Assembly: GCF_963921235.1 (NCBI RefSeq)
Contig: NC_086097.1
Location: 44,890,001-44,954,000 of the forward strand
From: Mobula hypostoma
Taxonomy: Eukaryota
DNA: 64,000 bases
Reading direction: 5' to 3'
This document shows positions 48,934 to 61,416 of the stretch, piece by piece. The stretch's first letter is position 1; every line of letters begins with the position of its first letter. Both the position numbers and the translations under genes were made by a program. The notes below the pieces were generated by a model, which did not search any database, was not told where the DNA came from, and saw only the letters and a list, made by a program, of their open reading frames with translations.

Positions 48934-51900
48934 TTCGAATCATACCTGGAGAAGATTGAAGTGACTGAGTCCACCGCGAAGCGCAGAGTTCTCCTCTCTA
49001 GGGTCAGTCCACGGGTCTACTCAATGATTAGAGACCAACCGAGCTACGACGGTGCGACGAATGCCCTCAGAAGACAATACCTGCGGCCGGTAAACACCGT
49101 CTATGTGCGACATCGCTTAGCGACACGGCAGCAGCAGCCCAGAGAGTCGAGCGCTGAGTTCGTCGGGGCCCTACATACACTCGTGCGGGCCTGCGATTGC
49201 TGGAGGCTGACGGCCGAACAACACGCGGAGCTCCTAGTAAGAGACGCCTTCGTCATGGGGACCAGGTCAGTGTATGTGCGCCAGCGGCTGTTGGAAAAAG
49301 CCGATCTTACCTTAAGTTCGGCGACTGAGATGGCCGACACGCTGGAGGCCACTCTGCACAACTCTGATGCTCTCCAGGCACGCGATCTCCTGACGGCCTC
49401 GTGGACGCTGCAGACCCCGCAACCCGCCGGTGAATTGATCACGGCTGCTGTCAGTCGCAAGTCCGCGAAGTGCTACTTCTGCGGACTGGAGAAGCACCCC
49501 CGGAAACGCTGCCCGGCCTGAGAAGCTACCTGTTCCAGCTGCGAAAAGAAGGGCCACTTCACTAGGGTCTGTAAGTCCAAACCGCGAGCGGGATCGAGCA
49601 GCGCCGCGTGCGAGGCATGGGGGTCGCCATCTTGCCTGCATGCCGCCACCGACCAAGACAGTGACTCAACTCTGGCCTCCGTGACCCTCGACCAAAGCGC
49701 TCCACACCAGCTCGCAAGGTCAATGACGGACATCCTGGTGCAGGGGCGCAGGACAAGCTGCCTGTTTGACACGAGCAGCATGGAGAGTTTTATCCACCCA
49801 GACACAGTGCAGCCAGCGACTCGCGACACGGCCGGTAAGCCAGAGGGTCGCCATGGCTTCCGGGTCGTATACAACAGACATCCGGGGGGGTTGTGTAGCG
49901 ACACTAGTGGTGGAGGGCACAGAATATCGAGACTTTACGTTACTGATCATGCCTGAACTCTGTGCCCCTGTGCTATTGGGGCTCGACTTCCAGAGCCACC
50001 TGAAAAGAGTGACAATGAAGTATGATGGGCCCCTCCCACCAATTACTGTTGGAAATCCCCAGTTTTGTAGGAATACGTCACATACCCCGCCACTGACCAC
50101 ACATACACACCGACCCGCACATCCCACCCAACACCATGCCAACAGCCGCACTACCAACGCCACTTGCGGCCTCTCCACCCTCAAGATCCCTCCCCCACCG
50201 CTGTTCGCCAACCTGACCCCCGACTGTAAACCTGTGGCAACTAAAAGCAGGAGGTACAGCGCGGGGGACAGAGCTTTCATTAAGTCAGAGGTGCAGCAGC
50301 TGCTCAGGGAGGGGGTCATTGAGGCAAGCACAAGTCCTTGGAGGGCCCAGGTGGTCGTTGTTCGGAACAGGGAGAAAAATAGGATGGTCGTGGACTATAG
50401 CCAGACTATCAATAGGTTCACGCAGCTCGACACGTACCTTCTACCCGGCATCGCGGATACGGTCAATCAGATAGCACAGTACAAGGTGTACTTGACCATA
50501 GACCTAAAATCCGCTTACCATCAGCTCCCCATCCGCCAGGAGGACCGCCCTTACACTGCCTTCGAGGCGGAAGGTAGGCTTTATCATTTCCTGCGTGTTC
50601 CCTTCGGTGTCACGAATGGTGTATCTGTCTTCCAGAGGGAAATGGACCGGATGGTGGACCAGTGCCAACTGAAGGCCACGTTCCCATATCTGGATAACAT
50701 CACCATCTGCGGTCACGACTGGCAGGATCACGACAACAACCTCCGAAAATTTCTCCAAGCAGCCAAAGCTTTCAATCTCACCTATAACAAGGACAAGTGT
50801 GTGTTTGGAACCACCTGACTTGCTATCCTTGGGTGAGTCGTGGAGAATGGAGTCATTGGCCCTGACCCTGACCGTATGCACCCCCTGTTGGAACTCCCTC
50901 TTCCCAACACCCTCAGAGCCCTCAAAAGGTGCCTGGGCTTCTTTTCGTATTATGCCCAATGGGTCTCTAACTACACAGACAAGGCCCGCTCCCTGGTCAT
51001 GTCCAACACACACATTTCCCCTCCCAGCCGAGGCCCGCGCAGCCTTCAGCTGCATTAAAGGGGACATTGCCAAAGCAGCAATGCATGCAGTGGACGAGGC
51101 TATTCCCTTCCAAGTAGAGAGTGACGCCTCCGACTTTGCGCTGGCTGCTACCCTCAACCAGGCGGGAAGACCAGTGGCGTTCTTCTCCCGTACCCTTCAA
51201 GGCCCTGAAATTCAGCACTCCGTGGTGGAGAAAGAGGCCCAGGCCATAGTGGAAGCTATTAGGCACTGGAGGCACTATCTCGCCGGCAAAAAGTTCACAC
51301 TGCTGACTAACCAGTGCTCAGTCGCATTCATGTTTAATAACCAACAGGGGGGCAAAATCAAAAATGATAAAATTCTGAGGTGGAGAATCAAATTCTCCAC
51401 CTACAACTATGACATCATGTACAGGCCTGGGAAGCTCAATGAGCCCTCCGATGCCCTATCGATGCCCTGGAACGTGCGCCAGCGCACAGATTGACCAGCT
51501 ATACACTCTACATGCAGATCTTTGCCACCCGGGGGTCACCCAGCTTTTCCACTTCGTGAAAGCCCGGAACCTGCCTTACTCCCTTGAGGAGATCAGGATG
51601 ATGACCAGGGACTGCCAAGTCTGCGTAGAGTGCGGACTCTTTTCTTTTCCCAGGAAGTCGACCACCGGGACCACTGTACCAACTTGGCTGACGTCCCCAG
51701 GGCCAGTACTGCTCTGGAAACATGCGAGGAGCAATAAATACTCCTCAATGGTCGAGAGGGTTCACTTACTTCATGCGAACCCCCAGTATGCCTACGTGGT
51801 TTTATCTGATGGGCGGGAGGACACGGTCTTCATCCGCGTCCTGTCGCCCGCAGGAGCACCGGGCCCCTACCCTGAACACTCCGTGGTGAGTATTGACCCC

Positions 51901-52429
51901 GTACCTACGAGACACCGCGCACTCCAAGCCCTACACAGACACCACACGACACTCCCATACTGGGCGTGACGCACATGCACAAGGGATTACTGATGCCTAA
52001 CGTGCTGGCACCTCAAGTCAGGCCGGAGCCAGCACAACCGCCATCGCTGATGCAATCACCACCGGTGGTATGTAGATCACAGCGACGGACTCGACCGCCT
52101 GATAGACTTGACCTGTAAATATACTTGTTTTAAATATTGTCGGTCACTTCACCCCGCGGGACTCTTTTTTTAAAAAGGAGGGGTGAATGTGGTAAACCAT
52201 GTATGTAGGTTGTGACTGGGTTACCTGTCTGGACATGCCTGGACACGGCCCTCTGCTGACTGCTCCTGCGGCTCCTCCCACAGACCCCTGAATAAAGGCG
52301 ATTGTGTCACTGCTCCTCCCACAGTCCAGGACAGATATACAGCATGGATGTGGATCCATTTTACTGTTAATAAAAGCCTTTCAGAATTTACTCTACTTCC
52401 AATCTTTTGGAGTAGTTGATAGTGCATCA
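48934..52429 (+). mobile_element. Ty3/Gypsy LTR retrotransposon, 5'-deleted and lacking the integrase core
   Basis: Gag with two CX2CX4HX4C knuckles (CYFCGLEKHPRKRC, CSSCEKKGHFTRVC), protease LFDTSS, RT (SPW, IDLKSAYHQ, PFG, YLDN), RNase H (ESDASD, EKEA), integrase HHCC, PPT at 52172-52187 and a 3' LTR. Confidence 0.95.
52188..52429 (+). repeat. 3' LTR (about 242 bp)
   Basis: TG...CA ends, directly after the polypurine tract aaaaaggaggggtgaa. AATAAA at 52369-52374. Confidence 0.8.
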
Positions 52430-53035
52430 CTGGGATCCCTGTTGTTGGTGACATACATACAAAGTACATGCATACGTATATATGATTTGGATGAAATTTC
52501 AGGTGGACTGATCAGCAAGTTAACAGACAACACAAAAATTTGTGAAGTAGTGAGGAAGGTTGCCAAAGAATTCAGCAGAATATAGATCATCTGGAACTAC
52601 TAACATAGAAATTGTAGATGAAGTTTAATCTGGACAAATGTGAGGTCATGCATTTTGAGAAGTCTGAGGAAATGGCAGGACTTTTAGGAGCACTGAGATG
52701 TAAATCCATAGCTTTGCAAAAGTGGTAACACAAGTAGATAGGCAAAGAAGGAATCTGACTTACTTTCCTTCATAGGTTATGATATAGTGTACAAAAGTAA
52801 GGAAGTTAAGTTGCAGTCATATAAACTTTGGTTAAACCACATGTGGAGTTTTGTACACAGTTTTGGTCATTGTATGGGAGAGAATGCAGAAGTGGTTAAC
52901 TAGGTTGTTGCCTGGATTAGAGACTATTAGCCATAAGAAGAGGTTGGTTAAACTTGGATAGTTTTTTTCTGAAGCATCACAGAGGCTTAGGGGCCACCTG
53001 ATAAAGTATGTAAGATTATGAGAGACATAGGATAA
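52430..53035 (+). mobile_element. Old CR1 fragment
   Basis: GSLLLVTYI..DLDE...ISKLTDNTKI and KCEVMHF remnants. Confidence 0.75.
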
Positions 53036-53044
53036 TGGATAGCA

Positions 53045-53185
53045 GCAATCTAACGGTTATCGTTATGCTAATACAGCGCCAGTAACCTGTGTACACTTCT
53101 CCTTGGTCTGGAAGGAGTCTGTATATTCCTCCCACAACCACAAAGGTTTCCTCTGAGTGCTCTGCTTTCCTCACTCATTCCAAAA
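53045..53185 (+). mobile_element. Decayed V-SINE (HE1-like)
   Basis: V-domain-like core ggagtctgtatattcctccc...ggtttcctctgagtgctctgctttcctc. Confidence 0.55.
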
Positions 53186-53419
53186 TGTTTGGGCAGACAG
53201 GCCTGTTCTTGTGCTGAGCTCTTCTACTTTCTAAATCAAGTGACTCTAGAAAAAGTCAGCAAGTTAGGCAGGATCTGTGGAACAAAAAGCATATTCAGAA
53301 TGACGTATATTTACTTTGGCTAGAATTTTGATTTCTTTTAAGTTTGCCGTTCAGAGCAATTGCATGAAACTAATTGGGCTAAAGTTGACTTGAATTCTTT
53401 TGGCGCCTCTTAATTTATT

Positions 53420-53633
53420 TTGTAAGGTAACAGGCTCTTCCAGCTCAATGAGCCTGCGCCACCCATGAGACCAATTAACCTATGAACCTGCATGTCTTTG
53501 AAATGTGGGAGGAAGCTTGAAGACTGAGAAGAAAGCCCGTAGTCACAGGGAGAACATACTAACTCCTTACAGACAGCCGCCGATTTGAACCCAAATCGCT
53601 ACCACTGTAAAAGCATTACACTATATGCTGCCC
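53420..53633 (-). mobile_element. V-SINE (HE1-like)
   Basis: Reverse-complement V core (gtctttgaaatgtgggaggaag...cacagggagaacatac) and a B-box-like gatttgaaccc. Confidence 0.65.
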
Positions 53634-54196
53634 CTAATATCATAAGGGATGTAAAACATTATAGTCTAAGTCATGCTTGATAACTGATTAGGTGATTAGG
53701 TAGTAGCAGAAATATTTTCACTTGCAAATAATCCCTTCATTACCTCATCAAGTCCTTAGCATTTTCAAGCCAATAATGTACAGTGTGGTCATTGTCGCAA
53801 TGAAGTAATTTGCACAAAGCAAGCTTCTACAAACAACAATGTGAAAATGGTTAGACTTTTTTTCTGGTGATTTTGATAAAGGTTTGCATTTTGTACTCTT
53901 CCAGGAGTTGTCTTATCTCTCGATGGAAAAGCTGTGGCAAACAACTGCAGACATTGATGTCAGGGGTTAAGCCTGAATCTATGGATGTGGTGATACATCC
54001 TAATTCAAACGGTCAAGATCAGTAAATGCCATATCGCACCAACTATATAATAGCTTCTTATACTATCTGAATTACTACTTTCTCACTCATCATCCTCAAC
54101 GATTCTGTATTATTCAATAGTTCTATCTGATATTCTTATGATTTATGTATCACTTGCCTTAGATATGCCTCCTGCAGCTTGCGTGTGCGCGCACAG

Positions 54197-54220
54197 ACAC
54201 ACACACACACACACACACAC
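54197..54220. repeat. (CA)n microsatellite
   Basis: Directly visible run. Confidence 0.95.
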
Positions 54221-54620
54221 TGTGAAGTACTCAGCCTTTAGAGACACTTTGCCCAAACACATTACCCAAGCTCAGTAACCCTCTCCTTGACTTGCAGGAA
54301 AAGAAGGTGTGCTGCACTTCATTGGTAGGTAGCAAGAGCTATTAAGAGTTGTGCAGAGTTGTTTGCATGATCTTACCCCGTGATGATGATTATTACAGAT
54401 AGCCACTGTTGAGACCGTGAATAGGGGACTGGTTGATGCCGTTGAAGATGACGGTATCCTTTTAACTAATATTTTTATCACCACATCACCTCCTCCTAAT
54501 CCGCAAGCTCTGATGATCTGGTCACATATTTCCAACATTTTTTCAATCCCCATGTCAAACCTACTCTATTATCTTTTCAGATATGCAAGACATCAAATCT
54601 GGCCAGGAAACGTCATATGG

Positions 54621-55400
54621 CAGCGGTTCCCAACCACCAGGCAGCGGACCGGTACCAGGCCGCGAGAAAACGATATGTGTCAGCTGCACCTTTCCTCATT
54701 CCCTGTCACCTACTGTTGAACTTGAACATACGGTTACCAACTGTCCCGTATTTGCCGGGACATCCCATATATTGGGCTAAATTAGTTTGTCCCAAACGGG
54801 ACCGCCCTTGTCCCGTATTTCACCTGCTAAGGTAGAGCGTTCCTATGAAAACTTTCGTGCCAAAATGGCGTAAAGCGAAGCAATTACCATTAATTTATAT
54901 GGGAAAAATTTTTGAGTGTCCCCGACCCAAAAAATAACCTAACAAATCATACCAAATAACACATAAAACTGAAAATAAATAACACTAACATATAGTAAAA
55001 GCAGGAATTATATGATAAATACACAGCCTATATAAAGTAGAAATAATGTATGTACAGTATAGTTGGGAAGATGAAGGCAAAACCGATTTGTGGGGAAAAA
55101 ATCAGCACGTACGCGCATGCATACATCACATGCTCACGTCACGCAAGCGCAAGGCTTCATGGTCATGGTAGTCTTTCCTGCGGTAAAAAGTGTCCCAGGA
55201 TTTGACTGCTACTTTTGTTCCTTATTTGGGAGTGAGAAAGTTGGCAAGCCTAACTGTAAAAGACATGTTGAGGTGAGTTTAACCCTACTTGAACAGTAGG
55301 GTTCAAGTACTCCCCCCCCCCCCCCCCCCGGTCGGCCAGTTCGCAAGAATATTGTCAATATTAAACCGGTCCGCAGTGCAAAGAAGGTTGGGGACCCCTG
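54621..55400. mobile_element. Non-autonomous hAT (Charlie-like) element
   Basis: TIRs cagcggttcccaacc and ggttggggacccctg. Perfect 8-bp TSD tcatatgg at 54613-54620 and 55401-55408. Confidence 0.92.
54729..55287. mobile_element. Nested non-autonomous hAT with TAGGGTT-type ends
   Basis: Left end tacggttaccaact, right end aacccta. 8-bp TSD cttgaaca at 54721-54728 and 55288-55295. Repeated subterminal gtccc/gggac motifs. Confidence 0.75.
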
Positions 55401-55621
55401 TCATATGGCATAAAAGCTCCCTATTTCACCATTAGCTTATACTCAGATATTGACAGGGAACATAAATAGTGCTGTTGAAAGACTTGTATGTTGCAAACTT
55501 ATGCAGAAATTCTGTTTGAACTCTAATGGGGCCATTAGTGCTAATCTATAAAAACTATACACACTGAAATATGTGGTCCACTGGGAAGCCTCCGTGAAAG
55601 CCTGCATTTAATGTAAAGAAA

Positions 55622-56350
55622 TCAAAATTCAAAGTTCAAAGTAAATTTTATTATCAGAGTACCAATATGTCACCACATACAACTCTGAGATTCCTTTTTC
55701 TGCAGGCATAGTCAGCAATTCTATAGAATAATAATTATAACAGGATCAATGAAAGATCAACCAGAGTGCAGAAGACAACAAACTGTGCAAATGCAAATAT
55801 AAATACATCACAATAAATAACTAGAACATGAAATAACAAGATAAAGAGTCCTTAAAGTGAGATCATTGGTTGTGGACACATCTCAATGGATGGGCAAGTG
55901 AGTGTAGTTATCCCCTTTGTTCAAGGGCCTGATGGCTGAAGGGGCAGTAACAGTTCCTGAACCAGGTGATGTGAGTCCTGAGGCATTCGTACCTTTTACC
56001 TGCTGGCAGCAGCGAGAAAAGAGCATGGCCTGGGTGGTGAGGATCTCTGATGATGGATGCTGTTTTCCTACAATAGCATTTCATGTAGATGTTCTCAATG
56101 ATTGGGAGGCTTTTACCCCTGATATACTGGGCCAAATCCACTACCTTTTATAGGATTTTCCATTCAAAAGCATTGGTGTATCCGTACCAGGCTGTGATGC
56201 AGCTAGTCAATACACTCTCCACTACACATCTATGGAAGTTTGTCAGAGTTCTTGATGACATGTCAAATCTCCGCAGATTCCTAATGAAGTTGAGGTGCTG
56301 CTGTGCTCTTTTCACAATTGCATTTATGTGCTGGGTCCAGGACAGGTCCC
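55622..56350 (-). mobile_element. Rex1/Babar LINE 3' fragment
   Basis: ORF 55908..56141 (IIRDPHHPGHALFSLLPAGKRY) and a (TTTGAA)n-type tail. Confidence 0.85.
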
Positions 56351-56736
56351 AAGTGTGAATGTACCTACAGGTTGGCAGTTATATCTACAAAGATTAATGT
56401 TCTTCTCCGCCATGAACTGGTGGCAGCTTTGGGTAGACATGTGAAGCAACCTTTTATATAACATCTGATGACCAAGGCATTTTGGCTCAGAACAAAGTGA
56501 GCTATGACCAATGCCTGACTCCTGCACAAACTCAGAACTGTGCCAGATCAGTTTGCTGCCATTGCAATGCTACCATATCCGTGATCCATAGGGGTTTGCA
56601 AGCTATCCTCCAACAAGTCACTAGGATATCCTAGAAAATGGCAGTGGCTTCACTGCGCTTGAGATGTTTGCCCCCCACACCACTGGGAAAAAAGTTCTTT
56701 CATCCACACCATTCAGGGTTTATGCTTATTTCTGTG

Positions 56737-57354
56737 TGTAATGCTCTGGTTCATATTTTTGCTGTTATGCTGTATGTATTTCATTTTGGCAGTTCTGTAA
56801 GAGCGGTTTGTTTTCAGCTGCTCCGTTTGGGTTACTGTTGAAGATAAGGGATGATGTGGAATGTGTGCCAGCCAATTAGCGGGAAGTTTTCTTGGTGAGG
56901 GACAGTAAGGTTGGTCTTGGGTTTTTGTTCTGTGGGGGATAGAGAGAGAAGATGCTGGAGAGAACTGGTCATAGCATTTGTTTGAGATGGATTGCAAGCG
57001 ATGTTCAGAGTGTGGTGTGGGCATTCACGATGACGAGGGCCCAGCTCGTGAGTGTCAGAGAAGTTCCAGATGAGCTCCAACTTGTGCACATTTGACTGTT
57101 TTATTAAAATGGGCTCTTTTCTTTTTATTATTCTTTACTAACCCTTTATTTAAGATTCATAAATATGATTCCTTCAATCACATGGAATGTACTGTCTGTT
57201 ATTTTGCAGCAGCAATTTGTAATAGGGCAGCAGATTACACAGCATCCACACAAACTGAGGTTTGGGCTGGGAGTACGTCTCAATCTCACAAGTTTGGCGG
57301 GGTTGGAGGCTGTCTTTCCTAGACTTACACACCTAAGGAAACCAGGGTGTTTCA
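56737..57354. mobile_element. Solo LTR (618 bp)
   Basis: TG...CA ends with an imperfect terminal inverted repeat (tgtaatgctctggtt / aaccagggtgtttca). 4-bp TSD tgtg at 56733-56736 and 57355-57358. Confidence 0.75.
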
Positions 57355-57904
57355 TGTGTTTTAACCACCAACCACCCTGGACTTTCCAGACACTGCAGTG
57401 CACAGCATAGCTTTTGGCCCAGAATTGCTCAAGGTCAACGTACAAGATCATTTCCATCCTCCTCCACTAAAGGTCAACAACTTTTTATTAGCCGACAGTT
57501 ACCTTTGAGTGAGAAAATTTAGAGAGGTAAAAGAACACTAATAACATCCAAACAAAAATGGAAAATGCTGGAAGCACAGGCCAGACAGTATCCATGGAGA
57601 GTCAATTTTTCTGTGCACTTAATCAGAATTGTAAAGGGCAGAAAACAATCATCTTTTGCAGAAAGGGATGGTGGTGGGAGAGGCTGGAAAGAAGAAAGGG
57701 GCTATCTATAATGGGGTTATAATGGGGTACAGAGCAAAGATGTCAAATTAGCTACCAATTTAAATATTGGCAATCAGAATTAGAAACAGAAACACAGGAA
57801 GAAAATTAAACTGTAATGTTTAGCAACATCTGTGGAGAAGGAGAAAATGTGAAGTTGTTGAAAGACCACGTGCTCTTTCTTGAACTCGTATTTGATATTT
57901 TTTT

Positions 57905-58100
57905 AATTTATTGAGATACAGCATGGAATAGGCCCTTCCGGCCCTTTCAACCACACCACCCAGCAACCCCTTGATTTAATCCTAGCCTAATCATGGGACA
58001 ATTTACAGAGACCAATTAACCTATCAACCAGTATGTCTTTGGCTGTGGAAGGAAACCGGAACACCCAGAGGAAACCCAAGCGGTTACGGGGAGAACATTG
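57905..58100 (-). mobile_element. 5'-truncated V-SINE
   Basis: ggaaaccggaacacccagaggaaaccca...ggggagaac is the reverse complement of the V core. CR1-like tail. Confidence 0.75.
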
Positions 58101-58159
58101 GAACAATGTAGGAGCCCGAGGTCTTCAGGGTGGATTCAGAGAATTAAAGTGACTGATTC

Positions 58160-58880
58160 AGAGATTCACAGTACATTTATTATCAAAGTATGTATACAGA
58201 ATACAACTCTAAGATTCGTCCTCCCGTAGGCAGCCACAAAACAAAGCAGCATCCTGGAACCCGCTCAAAGAAAACATCAACACCATTGTTCACTGAGAAA
58301 AGAGCAAATTGGTCAAATGGCAAAAAACAAGCAAACAACACGTAGAATATAGACATCAAACCAGGAGTCCAGGAGTATTCAGTTTAGCTTAGTTCAGCAT
58401 CGCTGGACGACTGCAGACCACAGAACCACTCTTTGCCAAAGCGCAAAGATCAATCACCATTGATCAAACTGCTCAAAAATTACCAAAAGAGTAACTAGAA
58501 TCCAGAAACACATGCATCATGGACCTCAAATGTCCCTAAAAAATGAGACCACAGCCATGAGCATCGCCAATCAGACCTTGTAACATAGAACACAAGACTT
58601 CTGCACTTTTCTCCGACAGCAAATAGCATGAGGGAGAGGAAGAGCGATCAAATTCAGGCAGACGGCACCAAACACCCGGCCAACCTCCACTCTCAGCTTC
58701 ATCAACTTTAACCTTGCTCAACACCTTGATCAGAGAGAAGCAATGGAGTCAATCATGGGTTTGCACCTGGAGTCCAGGCCTCCTGGCCACCAGGCCACAC
58801 ACTTTGCTCCCAACTTCACCAAACTCCCTTGGAGGCAGCAAAGCATCAGATTACTCAATTGCCAAAAAACACACCATCAA
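58160..58880 (-). mobile_element. Non-autonomous retroposon with a Rex1-like 3' tail
   Basis: Tail catttattatcaaagta. Colinear with 4350-5075. Confidence 0.55.
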
Positions 58881-60225
58881 AACATTTAGGCTTTAGGGTC
58901 ACCCTTGCAAACTGAATGGGGGAATTCTGTGAAGTACTCATTCAATTCAAGTTTAAGTTCTTCAGTGAAGGAACCACGTGGTAAATGTCAAATGTAATAC
59001 ACAAAATTGTAAAATAGTGCTGATGAATTGGAAGGTTCCTTCATCTGGAAAGATTCTACAGATCCTTCAATAATTTGAACTGAGGGGGATGGCACAATGG
59101 TGATTAATGTCTGTTTGCAGTATGGTACAGTACCTTTAGTTTGGTATGTTTTTATGGTGGTCATTTCTTTTGTATTGTGGTCAAGCAGATACATGATATT
59201 CAGTTACACAAGAAAAATTTGTCCTCATGGATGGTGATAAGAAAATAAAATATTGATTAATGATACCAACTTTGGATGGATCTTTCTACCAACAGTAGTG
59301 GAGAGAAAGTGGCCTATAAAGGTTGTCTTACCACTTCCTCTTCCTACTATGTTATTTTTATTTATTGTATGCCATATGAGAGTATAAAAAAAGGTTCCAT
59401 TGTTTAATTTTTCAATGCCTTTTCCGTAGATAGCACCTCGAAAATTCAGTACAGACTAGGTTACATGCTTAAATTTGCAGACGTACTTGAACTGAAATCT
59501 CCTGATTCAGAGGCATACATTCTACCAAATGTTTCATAAATCAGCATTTTAATCAGATTGTTTTATGATTTTGGGTGAGGAGTCCATATTTTTCCATCCT
59601 AATACCTCAAAACTATTCTCATTCTTTCCACTTTATGCCAATTCAAATTTAAGTACTTATCAGCAATGGGTGATTCATTTTAATGTTAGGAGTAATGTTG
59701 AGTAAGGGTCTCAGTCTTGGTTATCTGGTACAGTAATACCATGGATCTCTTATGATAAACCAGTTGATGCAGAAATATACAGCCCAGAGTCATACAGAAT
59801 GTAATGACTGGTAAAGTGCTAAATTCTTTACCTACTTCTACCAATGGGGACAACTGACATGTACTAATTAGTTACTGATAAGTCTCTATCCAATATGATT
59901 GACACACAATCAAAATACAGCTATGGAATCAGTTTATTATTGTCACATGCATCAAGTTACAGTGGAAAAATTATTTTACATTCTGTTCATAAGATTAAAT
60001 CATTACACAGTGCACTGAGTTAGAACAAGGTAAGACAATAACAGAATGCAAAATAAAGTATAACAGCTATGGAAAAATGTCAGTGGAGATAAACAGACAA
60101 GTGCAAGATCATGAAAAGGTGGATGGTGAGGTCAAGAGACTATTTTATCAAAGGGAACCATTTAATTGTTATGCTTGTTTAAAAATCATCCATTATTCAT
60201 GTTTTTCAAATCAGTAAGTGTCATA

Positions 60226-61416
60226 GAACATTGAATAGTACAGGCCCTTCAGCCCACAATGTTGTGCCGACCCTCAAACCCTGCCTCCCATATAACCCCC
60301 CCACCTTAAATTCCTCCATATACCTGTCTAGTGGTCTCTTAAATTTCACTAGTGTATCTGCCTCCACCACTGACTCAGGCAGCGCATTCCATGCACCAAC
60401 CACTCTCTGAGTAAAAAAACCTTCCTCTAATATCCCCTTGAAATTTCCACCCCTTACCTTAAAGCCACGTCCTCTTGTATTGAGCAGTGGTGCCCTGGGG
60501 AAGAGGCGCTGGCTATCCTCTCTATCTATTCCTTTTAATATCTTGTATACCTCTATCATGTCTCCTCTCATCCTCCTTCTCTCCAAAGAGTAAAGCCCTA
60601 GCTCCCTTAATCTCTGATCATAATGCATACTTTCTAAACCAGGCAGCATTCTGGTAAACCTCCTCTGTACCCTTTCCAATGTTTCCACATCCTTCCTATA
60701 ATGAGGCAACCAGAACTGGACACAGTACTCCAAGTGTGGCCTAACCAGAGTTTTATAGAGCTGCATCATTACATCGCGACTCTTAAACTCTATCCCTCGA
60801 CTTATGAAAACTAACACCCCATAAGCTTTCTTAACTACCCTATCTACCTATGAGGCAACTTTCAGGGATCTGTGGACATGTACCCCCAGATCCCTCTGCT
60901 CCTCCACACTACCAAGTATCCTGCCATTTACTTTGAACTCTGCCCTGGAGTTTGTCCTTTCAAAGTGTACCACCTCACACTTCTCTGGGTTGAACTCCAT
61001 CTGCCACTTCTCAGCCCACTTCTGCATCCTATCAATGTCTCTCTGTAATCTTCGACAATCCTCTATACTATCTACAACACCACCAACCTTTGTGTCATCC
61101 GCAAACTTGCCAACCCACCCTTCTACCCCCACATCCAGGTCGTTAATAAAAATCACGAAAAGTAGAGGTCCAAGAACAGATCCTACTAGTCACAACCCTC
61201 CAATCCGAATGTACTCCCTCCACCACGACCCTCTGGCTTCTGCAGGCAAGCCAATTCTGAATCTACCTGGCCAAACTTCCCTGGATCCCATGCCATCTGA
61301 CTTTTTGAATAAGCCTACCGTGTGAAACCTTGTCAAATGCCTTACTAAAATCCATGTAGATCACATCCACTACACTACCCTCATCTATATGCCTGGTCAC
61401 CTCCTCAAGGAACTCC
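60226..61416 (-). mobile_element. Young 5'-truncated CR1 LINE, same subfamily as 44666-46868
   Basis: ORFs 60848..61156 (INDLD...FADDTK) and 60221..60817. Near-identical to 44690-45880. Possible TSD tcata at 60221-60225 and 61417-61421. Confidence 0.95.

Noticed and set aside
54380..54514. C/D box snoRNA (gtgatga ... ctga)
   Set aside because: There is no terminal stem, the spacing is long and no guide sequence is recognisable.
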